This document shows positions 28,470 to 37,961 of a stretch of 64,000 nt of DNA, one piece after another. Position numbers and translations under genes: made by a program. Source of the stretch: Bacillota bacterium (GTDB lineage: Bacteria; Bacillota; UBA4882; JBLNCG01); assembly GCA_050260475.1 (NCBI GenBank), contig JBLNCG010000019.1, positions 10,166 to 74,165 on the forward strand, written 5' to 3'. Every line of letters starts with the position of its first letter. Position 1 is the first letter of the stretch. Under the pieces are notes generated by a model. That model was not told where the DNA came from, did no database searches, and saw only the letters and a list, made by a program, of their open reading frames with translations.

Positions 28470-29270
28470 TTATATTTGCGTCCCGGCCGCCGGGTTGTTT
28501 TCCGCAGGTGGAGCTTCCGAAACCAGGGATCGTAACCCGGTTATCATATGGAAAATACCCACCCCCAGATAAATTAGGTAGAAGGAAGGCACCTCCACAC
28601 CGGAAAGGTCAACTGCGCATCTGATAATCATCGGCAGTGTCAATGCAAAAATGCCGAGTTTGTATATTTCACCGAAGGTTATTTTTAAGCCTGCGGGCCT
28701 GCCGAAGAGCGAAGCCGCGATAGCCACAAGCCATGCGCTGATCATTTGCCCGACAAAATAAAAGATCATTGCGAAGAAAGCAAAGGCATACAGGAAATAG
28801 TTGAGGAATGGCAGCCACTCCTGGACGGTCTTCTTGTCCAGTCGCAAAGGCCCCATCTCCTTGTAGGAATATTCCCGCTTTTCAAAGCTGTTTTGCTTCG
28901 TCACGAAACGGTCTTTGCCGATCCAGAAGCCCTGCTTATATCCTTCCAATATCGAAGGATCGGTCTTTCCGCTGGTGTCGATCATTATAAGCACATCATC
29001 CTGCTTGTATTGAATGGGCATTTCCGCATCGACCGTAAGTTCCCCTTTTTCCAGAAAGAATTCCGGCACATTCGTCCCATACCACGATTTAATTTTTTCG
29101 ATCCCGTTTTTAAGAAAAATCATCGGCCGGATCAGGCCAATGCCCCCAAATACTATCGTAAACAAAAAAAGATAAAGAAAAGCTTTGCCTGTGCTCAGCT
29201 TATGCAGATCCCTGTATTTCCCGGTGACGCTGGCGGTTACCTGCCCAACCAGATTCAAAGGTTGATCCAC
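28470..29270 (-). CDS. DUF1189-family membrane protein
   Basis: Multi-pass membrane protein of the length and hydropathy typical of DUF1189. Confidence 0.5.
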   Translation of the reverse strand: MDQPLNLVGQVTASVTGKYRDLHKLSTGKAFLYLFLFTIVFGGIGLIRPMIFLKNGIEKIKSWYGTNVPEFFLEKGELTVDAEMPIQYKQDDVLIMIDTSGKTDPSILEGYKQGFWIGKDRFVTKQNSFEKREYSYKEMGPLRLDKKTVQEWLPFLNYFLYAFAFFAMIFYFVGQMISAWLVAIAASLFGRPAGLKITFGEIYKLGIFALTLPMIIRCAVDLSGVEVPSFYLIYLGVGIFHMITGLRSLVSEAPPAENNPAAGTQI

Positions 29271-29377
29271 TGATTAGCCCCCTTTAAATTTAAATTATGC
29301 GGAATCCCCTCCGGACAATCCGGCTTTTTTATCCCCGCAGCCTTCACTGGACATATCGGTTAAAAACGCCGGGAAAT

Positions 29378-29938
29378 TTATGCCGGAAACAGGCCGGCTT
29401 CTTTGGCGTAAAGAAGACCCAATATGGTTTTAGCGTCGCAAACGGCGCCTTTTTTCACCATTTCCATCAGTTCCGCGGGTTCGTAAAGCCGGATATCCAC
29501 GAATTCGTCTTCATCCGTGTGCGGGCCGGTGCAAGTCCCCGCCCTGGCTGAAAACAGATGGATGATTTCATCAGTAAAACCGGGGGAGGTATAAAAGGAA
29601 AGAAGATAACGGATCTCGACCGCGTCATATCCCGTTTCCTCTTTAAGTTCCCTGCGCGCGCATTCTTCGGGGTCTTCGCCGGGATCAAGCTTCCCGGCCG
29701 GAATTTCAAGGGTTTCCCGCTCCAGGGGATAACGGTACTGGCAGACCAGGATGAGCCTCCCTGCCTTGTCCAAAGCTACCACAGCCACCGCCCCGGGATG
29801 CTCCACCACCTCCCGGGTGGTTTCCTTCCCGTCGGGCAGTTCCACCAAATCCTCCCGAAAGCTGATTATCCTCCCGGTAAAAATCCGCCTCCGATCGATC
29901 ATCCGCTCCTTTTTTACCATTGGCGCAGTCCTTTCCAT
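29378..29938 (-). CDS. nudF: NUDIX hydrolase, ADP-ribose pyrophosphatase-like
   Basis: Nudix box GKLDPGEDPEECARRELKEETGY. Similar to B. subtilis NudF. Confidence 0.8.
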   Translation of the reverse strand: MERTAPMVKKERMIDRRRIFTGRIISFREDLVELPDGKETTREVVEHPGAVAVVALDKAGRLILVCQYRYPLERETLEIPAGKLDPGEDPEECARRELKEETGYDAVEIRYLLSFYTSPGFTDEIIHLFSARAGTCTGPHTDEDEFVDIRLYEPAELMEMVKKGAVCDAKTILGLLYAKEAGLFPA

Positions 29939-31002
29939 ATCTCCGCCGCCGCTCTCCCTGCAAGACAGGCGGTGATGAAGAAATACGGATCATCCCGGAA
30001 AGTCCGGCCCATGCTTGAAAGAGGGAGAGATGCCCCCTCGAGAATCAGCCTTTCCTCCCGGCAAGAGGAAAAAACCACTTTATGCTTGTCCGCCAGGACG
30101 GAAATTTTCTCTTGCAGGAGTTTTTTACGTCCGGCATCGAGATCATCGGGGAGCAGCACCAGGGCTTGACGGCTGCATGCCTTACCCAGAGCCACCAGGG
30201 TATGTTCGCTGACGCCGTAATGCCGCTGTCTGGCATCGGCAAAACTGACGCGGGGGACAGCGATGGGGTATCCATCCAGATTGGCCGCGGCATCCACGTT
30301 GATCCCCTGCTCGATACCGGAAAATCCATACGGCGTCCCGGTCCCCACGATGCCGGGGCCCATTCCGACCACTATCAAATCCGCTCCTGCCACATGCCGC
30401 GCGGCAATAAGACCGGAATAAATATTGACTGCCTCCAGATCCCCGCCGAACGCCTGCCCCACCGTTACCACCGCCTGCAACAGCCCCTCCGATTTCAAGA
30501 TGCGCAGCGTCTCACTGAACTGCGCGGGCAGGGCGGCCCCGTCCGTCATACAAAAAACAATCCTGGCGCCCGGCGTATCCAGCATACGCCAGCCCAGGAT
30601 AACCGGAATCAATTGGGAATGAAGCGTCCCCACCACCACGGGAACTCCGGCGATGGATTCCGCTTGAACCATCCGGTCGTGCCAGGGGGAATCTCCCTCC
30701 TCCACTGAAAGCACCGGAAACTGCCAGGGAGTGTAACGGAGTTTCATGATATGTCCGGGACAGGACGAGGATGCCTCTCCGCTCCTTTCCCGCGCCTGGA
30801 TGAAATGACAGCCTCCCGTCCCGAGCCGCAGGTCCACGGCGGTGGTGTTGAGCAGCACACGCTCGCCTATCCCGGGGCTGCCGGTGAAGGAGGGATAAAA
30901 AACGGCCATAAAATTTCCGTCTTCCAGGTCCACCTGCGCCAATCCGTAATCTCCGGTTTGTTTTATAATTCCGGTCACAACGCCCCAACGCGTATTGAAC
31001 AT
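29914..31002 (-). CDS. DUF3866-family protein
   Basis: 362 aa. This family commonly sits next to nudF in Firmicutes. Confidence 0.5.
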   Translation of the reverse strand: MFNTRWGVVTGIIKQTGDYGLAQVDLEDGNFMAVFYPSFTGSPGIGERVLLNTTAVDLRLGTGGCHFIQARERSGEASSSCPGHIMKLRYTPWQFPVLSVEEGDSPWHDRMVQAESIAGVPVVVGTLHSQLIPVILGWRMLDTPGARIVFCMTDGAALPAQFSETLRILKSEGLLQAVVTVGQAFGGDLEAVNIYSGLIAARHVAGADLIVVGMGPGIVGTGTPYGFSGIEQGINVDAAANLDGYPIAVPRVSFADARQRHYGVSEHTLVALGKACSRQALVLLPDDLDAGRKKLLQEKISVLADKHKVVFSSCREERLILEGASLPLSSMGRTFRDDPYFFITACLAGRAAAEIWKGLRQW

Positions 31003-31006
31003 AGTT

Positions 31007-31381
31007 TTAGTACAGAATCCCCCTTCTGCGCAAAGCCCGTTGATTGATGTTATAGTTGCAGCCGGAGGATAAATCCCGGTAAAACGCGGAAATATCCTCT
31101 TCCAGGATCCGGCTCTTTTCTTTTAAAGCCGCGATCTCGTCAAGCAGGGCTGCAATCCTTAAAGAAGTGTCGCTTTTCCAGAGGAGGGCGAAACCGGCGC
31201 AGTAAAAGAGGAAAAAAATTAGAAACACCACCGGTTCAAAGGCATCCTTGAGATAGCACCAGGGGATGGAAAAGCAGGCGACAATCAAAAAAAGCAGGCC
31301 GAAATAATAATTGCTGTCACGCTGAAACACCTTCTTCATGTTCTCCTTCCACCGGTTGAGCATGTTCTTCATCCTTTCCAT
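31007..31381 (-). CDS. Hypothetical small membrane protein
   Basis: ORF with two predicted transmembrane helices. It overlaps the 3' end of scpB, so its true start is uncertain. Confidence 0.35.
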   Translation of the reverse strand: MERMKNMLNRWKENMKKVFQRDSNYYFGLLFLIVACFSIPWCYLKDAFEPVVFLIFFLFYCAGFALLWKSDTSLRIAALLDEIAALKEKSRILEEDISAFYRDLSSGCNYNINQRALRRRGILY

Positions 31382-31943
31382 TTTCCTTGAGTTCCCTCGC
31401 CGCGGCGAAATTTAACTGATCCGGCCAGTCCTCGTAATGGGGTAATTCGTTCAAACTGTTCAACCCGAAATGCAAAAGGAAGTGCCTGGTAGTCCTGTAT
31501 AAGATCGGCCTTCCCACAGTGTCCTTACGGCCGGCCTCTTCAATCAAATCCTTCTCCAGCAGGGTATGAATGGAACTGTCCGCCTTCACTCCGCGCAGCG
31601 ATTCAATTTCCGCCTTGGTGATGGGCTGTTTGTATGCGATAATGGCCAGGGTTTCCAAAGTAGCCGGAGACAGTACGCCGGTCCGTGGTACTTTTTTCAA
31701 TTTTTCCAGATAAGGGGCGCATACGGGGATTGTACAGATCTGATAGCCGTTCGCCGCTTTGATGAGCTGAAGGCCGTGATGGGAAGAGCGGTATTCATCC
31801 TCCAACTCCTTGATCAACTGCTCTGTGGTATGAATGCTGATGCCGATTATCTCCGCTATTTCTCCGGCGGCAACCGGCTGGGATGATGAGAAAATCAACG
31901 CTTCAATTGTCGCCCGGGCCAGAATCAGATTCACGCTTATCAA
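31317..31943 (-). CDS. scpB: Segregation and condensation protein B
   Basis: N-terminus ATIEALIFSSSQPV ... IAEII is typical of ScpB. Confidence 0.85.
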   Translation of the reverse strand: MISVNLILARATIEALIFSSSQPVAAGEIAEIIGISIHTTEQLIKELEDEYRSSHHGLQLIKAANGYQICTIPVCAPYLEKLKKVPRTGVLSPATLETLAIIAYKQPITKAEIESLRGVKADSSIHTLLEKDLIEEAGRKDTVGRPILYRTTRHFLLHFGLNSLNELPHYEDWPDQLNFAAARELKENGKDEEHAQPVEGEHEEGVSA

Positions 31944-32727
31944 CCTCCCCGGGGGGCAACATCATGGCGATCGCACCGAAAATCCCCTGCTGAATCACAA
32001 AAATCCTTCTCAGCCGGAGCAGTTCCAGCATCGCCAAGAAATAAGTGATCACGCCTTCCTTGGTCAGAGGCTGATCCATCATTTCGTGAAAATACAACTT
32101 CGCCCTTTTGGTGATCTTATCCATAATCTCCTTCATGCGCTCCCGGATTGACTTTCCTTTCTTGGGGATCAGCACATGCATCATATTGACCTGATTCAGG
32201 CTTTCTAAAACATTTAAAAACGCCTGGAGAAGATCGGGTAACGCCACACCCGTCAATGGGGAAGGAGCGTTGCCCGGCTCCGTATCCCAAAAAATCCCGC
32301 CGGTCCGGAAGTAGAGGTTCTGCTGTTCCGCTTCCCGGCTTTTTAGCATCATGGATAAATCCTTATAAAGTTTATATTCCAGCAGTTTACGAACCAGTTC
32401 CTGGCGCGGATCCTCCTGCTCCTGTTCCCCTTCAGCGGATTCCGCCGCTTCCGGTACGAGCATTTTAGCCTTTATCTGCATAAGAGTGGCGGCCATCACC
32501 AGGAATTCGCCGGCCTGTTCCACATTGAGCGAGTCCATATTCTGCAAATGAAGCAGATATTCTTCGGTAATCCTGGCTATGGGGATATCCAGGATATCGA
32601 TCTCGTGTTTATCGATGAGATGCAGGAGCAAATCAAAGGGACCGGTGAAAATGTCCAGATGGATCTGGTAATCCAATGGCTCTTTAATAATTATACTTAT
32701 CTCTGCATCCCTTTCTCCTAAGAGCAA
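31903..32727 (-). CDS. scpA: Segregation and condensation protein A
   Basis: FTGPFDLLLHLIDKHEIDILDIPIARITEEYL is typical of ScpA. The start is ambiguous because the TTG at 32727 lies inside repeat E6. Confidence 0.8.
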   Translation of the reverse strand: MLLGERDAEISIIIKEPLDYQIHLDIFTGPFDLLLHLIDKHEIDILDIPIARITEEYLLHLQNMDSLNVEQAGEFLVMAATLMQIKAKMLVPEAAESAEGEQEQEDPRQELVRKLLEYKLYKDLSMMLKSREAEQQNLYFRTGGIFWDTEPGNAPSPLTGVALPDLLQAFLNVLESLNQVNMMHVLIPKKGKSIRERMKEIMDKITKRAKLYFHEMMDQPLTKEGVITYFLAMLELLRLRRIFVIQQGIFGAIAMMLPPGEVDKRESDSGPGDN

Positions 32728-32837
32728 ATTTGCGTTGTTATGATGATTTTACGTCTTGCCACTAAATATCGATAGCCTAATGGCAGCTACACCATATTTA
32801 GTGGCAAACCTTGAATGAAGGTAACAACGCAATTGCC
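32724..32837 (+). repeat. Intergenic palindromic repeat, copy E6 (full length)
   Basis: GCAAATTTGCGTTGTTATGATGATTTTACGTCTTGCCACTAAATATCGATAGCCTAATGGCAGCTACACC ... GGTAACAACGCAATTGCC. Confidence 0.9.
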
Positions 32838-32850
32838 TTCTGAAATTAAA

Positions 32851-33456
32851 TTATAATCCGGTAAGCAGCCTTACGACAATAGAAACAGGGATTGATATGA
32901 TGCGCCCGGCCATAAAAATAACCGCCAGGAGCAGCAAGGGCCCTATCGATTCAAGTTTTGCGAACTGATAAGCGGCGCCGCCGCGTAAAAAATAAAACAG
33001 GATTTTCGAACCGTCCAACGGCGGAACAGGAATAAGATTGAAAAACATAAGGCCGATATTGAGAATAACGCCTTGCACCAGGAACCTCCATGCAAAAGGA
33101 GGCAGGCTGATTATTCCCGCCGTATTTAAACGGATTATCACAGAAACCGCGCCCGCCAACAGCAAATTCATAAAAGGCCCCGCCAAAGCCACGTACATCA
33201 TGTCACGGAGCGGTTTGCGGAAATATTGCCCCCGGATCATAACCGGTTTCCCCCAGCCAAATCCGGCGAAGATAATCCCCAACAGTCCCATGGGATCTAC
33301 ATGCGCCCAGGGGGCCAATGTCAACCTGCCGTCCTGGGATGGCGTCGGATCTCCCAGCCGGTCCGCAGTCCAGGCATGCCCAAATTCATGGAAGGCAATG
33401 GCCGGGAAAATCCAGGGTATTACGAATAACAACCTGTCTAAAATGCCGTCAAACAT
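32851..33456 (-). CDS. Peptidase M50-family (site-2-protease-like) membrane metalloprotease
   Basis: HEFGHAW zinc-binding motif and a multi-transmembrane profile. Confidence 0.75.
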   Translation of the reverse strand: MFDGILDRLLFVIPWIFPAIAFHEFGHAWTADRLGDPTPSQDGRLTLAPWAHVDPMGLLGIIFAGFGWGKPVMIRGQYFRKPLRDMMYVALAGPFMNLLLAGAVSVIIRLNTAGIISLPPFAWRFLVQGVILNIGLMFFNLIPVPPLDGSKILFYFLRGGAAYQFAKLESIGPLLLLAVIFMAGRIISIPVSIVVRLLTGL

Positions 33457-33505
33457 AAATCCGCTCCTTTTTGAAGGTTAATTTTATCAGAAACCGGTAA
33501 GAATT

Positions 33506-34852
33506 TCATAGCGCTATTTTATCCCTGCCCTCCCGGTTCATCCGCAGGCGTTCCGGCACCCGGTCAAGGCGCACCAGATCTTGATAGGATTCGCGCTCAA
33601 GGATTAGATCGGCCTTGCCGTCCGCTACGAGTATCATGGCGGGCCGCGGGATGCGGTTGTAATTGCTGGACATCGCATAATTATACGCCCCGGTCGTAAA
33701 AACGGCGAGAAGATCCCCTTTTTCCATCCTGGGAAGAGCTATGTCCCAGAGCAGCATATCGCCGGATTCGCAGCATCTGCCGGTGACCGTGACTTTCTCG
33801 TTTTCGGCGGAGATCACCCGGTTGGCGACTGCGGCGCGATAAACGGCCTGATATAAAGCCACGCGGGGGTTGTCCGCCATTCCTCCGTCCACGGCCACGT
33901 ATTTACGTATGCCGGGGATTTCCTTGATGTTTCCTACCGTATAAAGTGTTGTCCCTGCTTCTCCCACCAGAGACCGTCCCGGCTCCACCAGAATCTCCGG
34001 AACGGGATAGTCGAATTTTTTGCACATGATGAAAAGCTCTTCGGCGATTGCTTCGGCGTAAGCAGGAATGCCCGGCGGAGCGTCTTCCTCGTAGTACCAG
34101 GAACCGAGTCCGCCCCCGAGATCCAGTTCGGAAAACACCGCTCCGGTTTCCCGGCGCACCTGCGCCATAAAACCGATCATCACGTCAACCGCGGCGCTGA
34201 ATGAATTTAAATCGAAAATTTGTGAACCGATATGGCAGTGGTATCCCCGCAAATCCACCCCGGACATGCCTAAAGCCGTTCTGGCGGCTGCCAGGGCCGC
34301 CCCGCTGGAAATGTTCAGGCCGAACTTGGAATCCTGCATACCCGTTTGTATGTAGGAATGGGTATGGGCTTCTATCCCTGGGGTGACGCGGAGGTATATT
34401 CGCGTCTTTTTCCTGGCCTTGAGGCTTAAGTTATTCACGGCATCCAGATCCGCCATGCCGTCGACCACGATGCAGCCCACGCCGTATTGCAGCGCCAAAT
34501 AAATCTCCGCATCGCTCTTGTTATTGCCGTGGAAAAAAATCCTGTCCGCGGGAAATCCGGCTTCCATGGCGGTATAAAGCTCCCCGCCGGACACCACGTC
34601 AAGGCAAACCGACTCATCATTCATGAGAAGGCAAACGGCTTCGGTCAGCAAAGCCTTTCCCGCATATATAACCCGGGATTTCGGCAGTACCCTGGCAAAC
34701 GATTCGCGGTAAGCGCGGCAACGCTCCCTGATCTCCGCTTCATCCAGAATATATAAAGGAGTGCCGAATTTCCTGGCCAGTTCTACCGTATCGCAACCGC
34801 CTATCTCCAGGTGATTGGAGGTGTTGATGCACTTGGTGCCGGATAAATGCAA
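33506..34852 (-). CDS. lysA: Diaminopimelate decarboxylase
   Basis: 448 aa PLP fold-III decarboxylase with ADLILERESYQD at the C-terminus. TTG start with AAGGGGG upstream. Confidence 0.85.
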   Translation of the reverse strand: MHLSGTKCINTSNHLEIGGCDTVELARKFGTPLYILDEAEIRERCRAYRESFARVLPKSRVIYAGKALLTEAVCLLMNDESVCLDVVSGGELYTAMEAGFPADRIFFHGNNKSDAEIYLALQYGVGCIVVDGMADLDAVNNLSLKARKKTRIYLRVTPGIEAHTHSYIQTGMQDSKFGLNISSGAALAAARTALGMSGVDLRGYHCHIGSQIFDLNSFSAAVDVMIGFMAQVRRETGAVFSELDLGGGLGSWYYEEDAPPGIPAYAEAIAEELFIMCKKFDYPVPEILVEPGRSLVGEAGTTLYTVGNIKEIPGIRKYVAVDGGMADNPRVALYQAVYRAAVANRVISAENEKVTVTGRCCESGDMLLWDIALPRMEKGDLLAVFTTGAYNYAMSSNYNRIPRPAMILVADGKADLILERESYQDLVRLDRVPERLRMNREGRDKIAL

Positions 34853-34929
34853 CGCGAAAACCCCCTTGCCGGCGCATAAAAAAGCTGAATTCAGCCCCGC
34901 CGGAGCTTGAAACCGCCCGGGGACTGGTA

Positions 34930-34959
34930 ATCTGGTCTAATCTTAACATTAAAAAAGAT
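34930..34959 (-). promoter_or_regulatory. Sigma-A-type promoter for lysA (TTGACA-18-TAAGAT)
   Basis: Minus-strand TTGACA (plus 34954-34959) and TAAGAT (plus 34930-34935), about 75 nt upstream of the lysA start. Confidence 0.5.
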
Positions 34960-35045
34960 GGCTGTCAAGGCGCCGCGAAGCTTCCTTCTGTTTTTTCTGT
35001 GATAATGTCACCTTGAGATTATTCTGGGAAAATGTCACTATGAGA

Positions 35046-35075
35046 AAGGAAAAACCCTTCGAAAATACGGAAGGG
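35046..35075 (-). terminator. Intrinsic terminator (CCCTTC-9-GAAGGG followed by U5) downstream of the LOR-family gene and repeat E7
   Basis: Minus-strand hairpin plus T-run. Confidence 0.6.
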
Positions 35076-35099
35076 ATTTCTCATCGCCGTTTATTTTTA

Positions 35100-35216
35100 G
35101 GGTAATTGCGTTGTTGCCTTAATTCAAGGTCTTGCCACTAAATATAGTATATGGCTGCCATTAGGCTATCGATATTTAGCGGAAGACGTAAAATTATCAT
35201 AACAATGCAAATTGCT
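35100..35216 (-). repeat. Intergenic palindromic repeat, copy E7 (full length, inverted)
   Basis: Its reverse complement matches the consensus: GAGCAATTTGCATTGTTATGATAATTTTACGTCTTCCGCTAAATATCGATAGCCTAATGGCAGCCATATAC ... GGCAACAACGCAATTACC. Confidence 0.9.
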
Positions 35217-35239
35217 CTTTTAAAAATACTCGCCCCCGG

Positions 35240-35818
35240 CTACCGTTGCCTGCCCTCGATGGCGCACAAGAGAATCGCTCCTGCCAATCCCAGCCTTTTA
35301 TCCAGGACATGCTGGATATCGGGGGTAAAATCAACCGTCATCTTCAGAACAAAGGGGTTGAAATTTTGTTTTATGGCGCATACAAGGGCCCCGTTCATCG
35401 TCACGTGATAAGTCTGGGGGATTAAATTGGACAAAAACCGACGAATTATGGCTAACAAAAGGCTGTCTTCGACAATGGCACCTATTTCGCGGTCGCTGGC
35501 GTCCATGATGGCCCATTCATCCCGGAGCATGGATTTGAAGCCTTTCCTTTTCAAGGCGCCGATTTTTTGACCGGCGGCGCTGTCCACCACATCGTAGGTT
35601 GCGGAAAAATCGATGATCTGCCTTGCTTTGACGGAAAACACTTCACTCTGCATGTCCGTACCTGTATAAAGCCGGATGTCCTCTTTCAGTTTAAAGGCCT
35701 TCATTTTCGAATAGAAAACCAGTTGCTTATCCGGTCCGTAAATATGGAACGCACCTCCGAAGATTTTGAAGATTTTCCTGCGCACAAGATAAGTGGAATA
35801 TTGGAACAAATCCGCCAT
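35240..35818 (-). CDS. LURP-one-related / DUF567 (tubby C-terminal-like fold) protein
   Basis: 192 aa with the beta-rich repeat pattern of the LOR family. Confidence 0.55.
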   Translation of the reverse strand: MADLFQYSTYLVRRKIFKIFGGAFHIYGPDKQLVFYSKMKAFKLKEDIRLYTGTDMQSEVFSVKARQIIDFSATYDVVDSAAGQKIGALKRKGFKSMLRDEWAIMDASDREIGAIVEDSLLLAIIRRFLSNLIPQTYHVTMNGALVCAIKQNFNPFVLKMTVDFTPDIQHVLDKRLGLAGAILLCAIEGRQR

Positions 35819-35969
35819 ATCGTTTAACCCTCCTTTTTAATATAATCGGACACCTCCGCCGGCGTCCTTATATCTGAAAATAATGATCTTTCAGACAACA
35901 GGAAATCCGGATCTTAGAACGAATTTATTGGATGTCCGGCAATTATTAATGGAGAAAGAAGGGATTAAG

Positions 35970-36671
35970 ATGAAACGTTATATTGTAGGATTTGCGGCCC
36001 TATTCTTGTGCCTTGCGTGCCTCGCCGGCGGGGCGAATGCCGGTTTCCTGGATAAAATCCTTAAAAAAGGCCCCAGTGATGAAAAAATAGCAGCTGGCCT
36101 CAAGGAAGCCTTGCATATCGGCACGGAGAACACCGTCAACCTGACCGGGCGCACGGACGGATATTTCGGCAATCCGGCCATTAAAATCCTGATGCCCGAA
36201 AAAATGTTGAAAGCCGAAAAAACCATGCGCAAACTGGGGCTTGACCGCCAGGTGGACGAATTCGTCCTCAGCATGAACCGCGCCGCGGAAAAGGCTGCGC
36301 CCTTCGCCAGGGATATCTTCTGGGGCGCCATCAAGGAAATGACCTTCCAGGACGTGCGCAAGATTTGGAAGGGAAAGGATACGGAAGCCACGGAATATTT
36401 CAGGTCGAAGACCTACGACAAATTATACGGCGCCTTTCATCCCCAGGTTTCCCAGGCTATGGACGAGGTAGGGGTGACCCGGCAATACAAAGCCCTGGAG
36501 AAAAAAATCAAATCCATCCCCTTCATAGAGGTGGAAACGGTGGATATAGACCGGTATGTGGTGGAAAAGGCCCTGGGCGGCCTGTTCAACGTGCTCGGGG
36601 ACGAAGAGCGGAAAATCCGCGAAGATCCTGCCGCCCGCGTGACGGAGTTGCTGAGGGAGATTTTCGGGTAG
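35970..36671 (+). CDS. DUF4197-family lipoprotein
   Basis: Signal peptide with lipobox MKRYIVGFAALFLCLAC. ATG at 35970 with GGAGAAAGAAGGG upstream. Confidence 0.6.
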   Translation: MKRYIVGFAALFLCLACLAGGANAGFLDKILKKGPSDEKIAAGLKEALHIGTENTVNLTGRTDGYFGNPAIKILMPEKMLKAEKTMRKLGLDRQVDEFVLSMNRAAEKAAPFARDIFWGAIKEMTFQDVRKIWKGKDTEATEYFRSKTYDKLYGAFHPQVSQAMDEVGVTRQYKALEKKIKSIPFIEVETVDIDRYVVEKALGGLFNVLGDEERKIREDPAARVTELLREIFG

Positions 36672-36931
36672 CTGCCAGTGGTGATCGCCAAAGCCGAAAT
36701 CCCAAATTGAAGCACACTGCCAGCCCTGCAATACGTTCCATCAATAAAGAAAAGAGAGCAAAGTGACGGAAATCAGGACAGTATCCCGGGACGATGCGGA
36801 GGCTTTTGAGAGACTCCTGGTGATCCTGGAAAAATGAATTACACCGACAAACCGTAGCGGCTGTCTCCATTGCCTCCCTAAAACGGTTTCCATACTTTTC
36901 CTTTTTCACTTTAAAAATCCCGGGATTTTTA

Positions 36932-37921
36932 CTATCCCACCTGCTCGCTGCGGATCTTTTCCGCGGGGAGGCTGGACCATTTGCCGCAGCGGTCGCCGAA
37001 ATACGCGAAGATCCTTCCGCTGCGCAGGATGGCCACCACCTCGCAATTATTGCTGCAATCCTTGCAGTTCCGGCCTTTGGTAAGGATCTCCTCCTCGCAA
37101 AGCTCCCATCCGAAAAAGGAGGTCTGTTTCTCGGCCCCGGCAAAGTATTCGCGCACCAGTAGGGCTGCCCCCAGGGCGCCCATCACGTCATAATGCCTGG
37201 GTATGGTGACCGGAAAGCCCAGGGCTTTTTCAAAGGCGCGGCGGATTCCCAGGTTGGCCGCCACTCCGCCCTGGAAAACCACCTGCGGAAGGATCTCCTT
37301 CCCTTTGCCCACATTGTTCAAGTAATTCCGCACCAGGGCGTCGCATAACCCGGCGGCGATATCCGCCAACGGATGTCCAATCTGCTGCTTATGGATCATG
37401 TCGGATTCCGCGAACACCGCGCAGCGTCCGGCAATCGCTACGGAATTTTCCGCTTGAAGAGCGAGCTCCCCGAACTCCTCGATGGACAGATCGAGCCTTG
37501 CGGCCTGCTGGTCCAGGAAGGAACCGGTGCCGGCCGCGCACACCGTATTCATGGCAAAATCGACGGCAACGCCATTCCTGATGATGATGATTTTGGAATC
37601 CTGACCCCCTATCTCCATGATCGTACGGACCTCTGGGAAGCAGTGCAAAGCGGCAACCGTATGGGTGGTGATTTCATTCTTAATCAGATCCGCGCCGGTC
37701 ATACGCCCCACCAGATGGCGGGCGCTTCCGGTGGCCGCCACTCCCGATATTTTACGCCTGCCCGCCGCTTCCCCGATCCGGATCAGACCGTTTTGCACGG
37801 CGGGAATCGGTTTGCCTCCGGTGCGCAAATACACCGTATGAAGGACTTCACTGTTTTCATCTGTCAACACCAGGTTTGTACTCACCGAGCCCACATCAAT
37901 CCCTAAAAATAAGCCTTGCAT
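36932..37921 (-). CDS. BadF/BadG/BcrA/BcrD-type ATPase (CoA-substrate-specific enzyme activase)
   Basis: LFLGIDVGSVSTNLVL ... CAAGTGSFLD. I take the start as ATG 37921 (GGAGG upstream). Confidence 0.8.
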   Translation of the reverse strand: MQGLFLGIDVGSVSTNLVLTDENSEVLHTVYLRTGGKPIPAVQNGLIRIGEAAGRRKISGVAATGSARHLVGRMTGADLIKNEITTHTVAALHCFPEVRTIMEIGGQDSKIIIIRNGVAVDFAMNTVCAAGTGSFLDQQAARLDLSIEEFGELALQAENSVAIAGRCAVFAESDMIHKQQIGHPLADIAAGLCDALVRNYLNNVGKGKEILPQVVFQGGVAANLGIRRAFEKALGFPVTIPRHYDVMGALGAALLVREYFAGAEKQTSFFGWELCEEEILTKGRNCKDCSNNCEVVAILRSGRIFAYFGDRCGKWSSLPAEKIRSEQVG

Positions 37922-37961
37922 CCTTAAACCTCCGTTATCCGCGCAGTACGGAAAAATATGA

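Noticed and set aside
32760-32800. Sigma-E or sigma-K sporulation promoter inside the repeat core (AAATAT ... CATACACTA)
   Set aside because: The CATACAnTA-like -10 box is present. The distance to the ATATT-like -35 box is 18 nt, whereas sigma-E expects 13-15 nt. No AC dinucleotide sits at the sigma-K -35 position. The signal is not convincing from sequence alone.
34940-34975. GGCTGTCAAG motif reminiscent of a lysine (L-box) riboswitch core near lysA
   Set aside because: The motif is on the plus strand, but lysA is transcribed from the minus strand. The other conserved L-box segments (AGAGGNGC, GCCGAAG and so on) are absent. The sequence instead gives a minus-strand TTGACA -35 box.
36905-36931. 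AAAAATCCCGGGATTTTT palindrome as a bidirectional terminator between DUF4197 and the activase gene
   Set aside because: The stem is almost entirely A-U with a 4-nt CCGG loop. It is too weak to call confidently.
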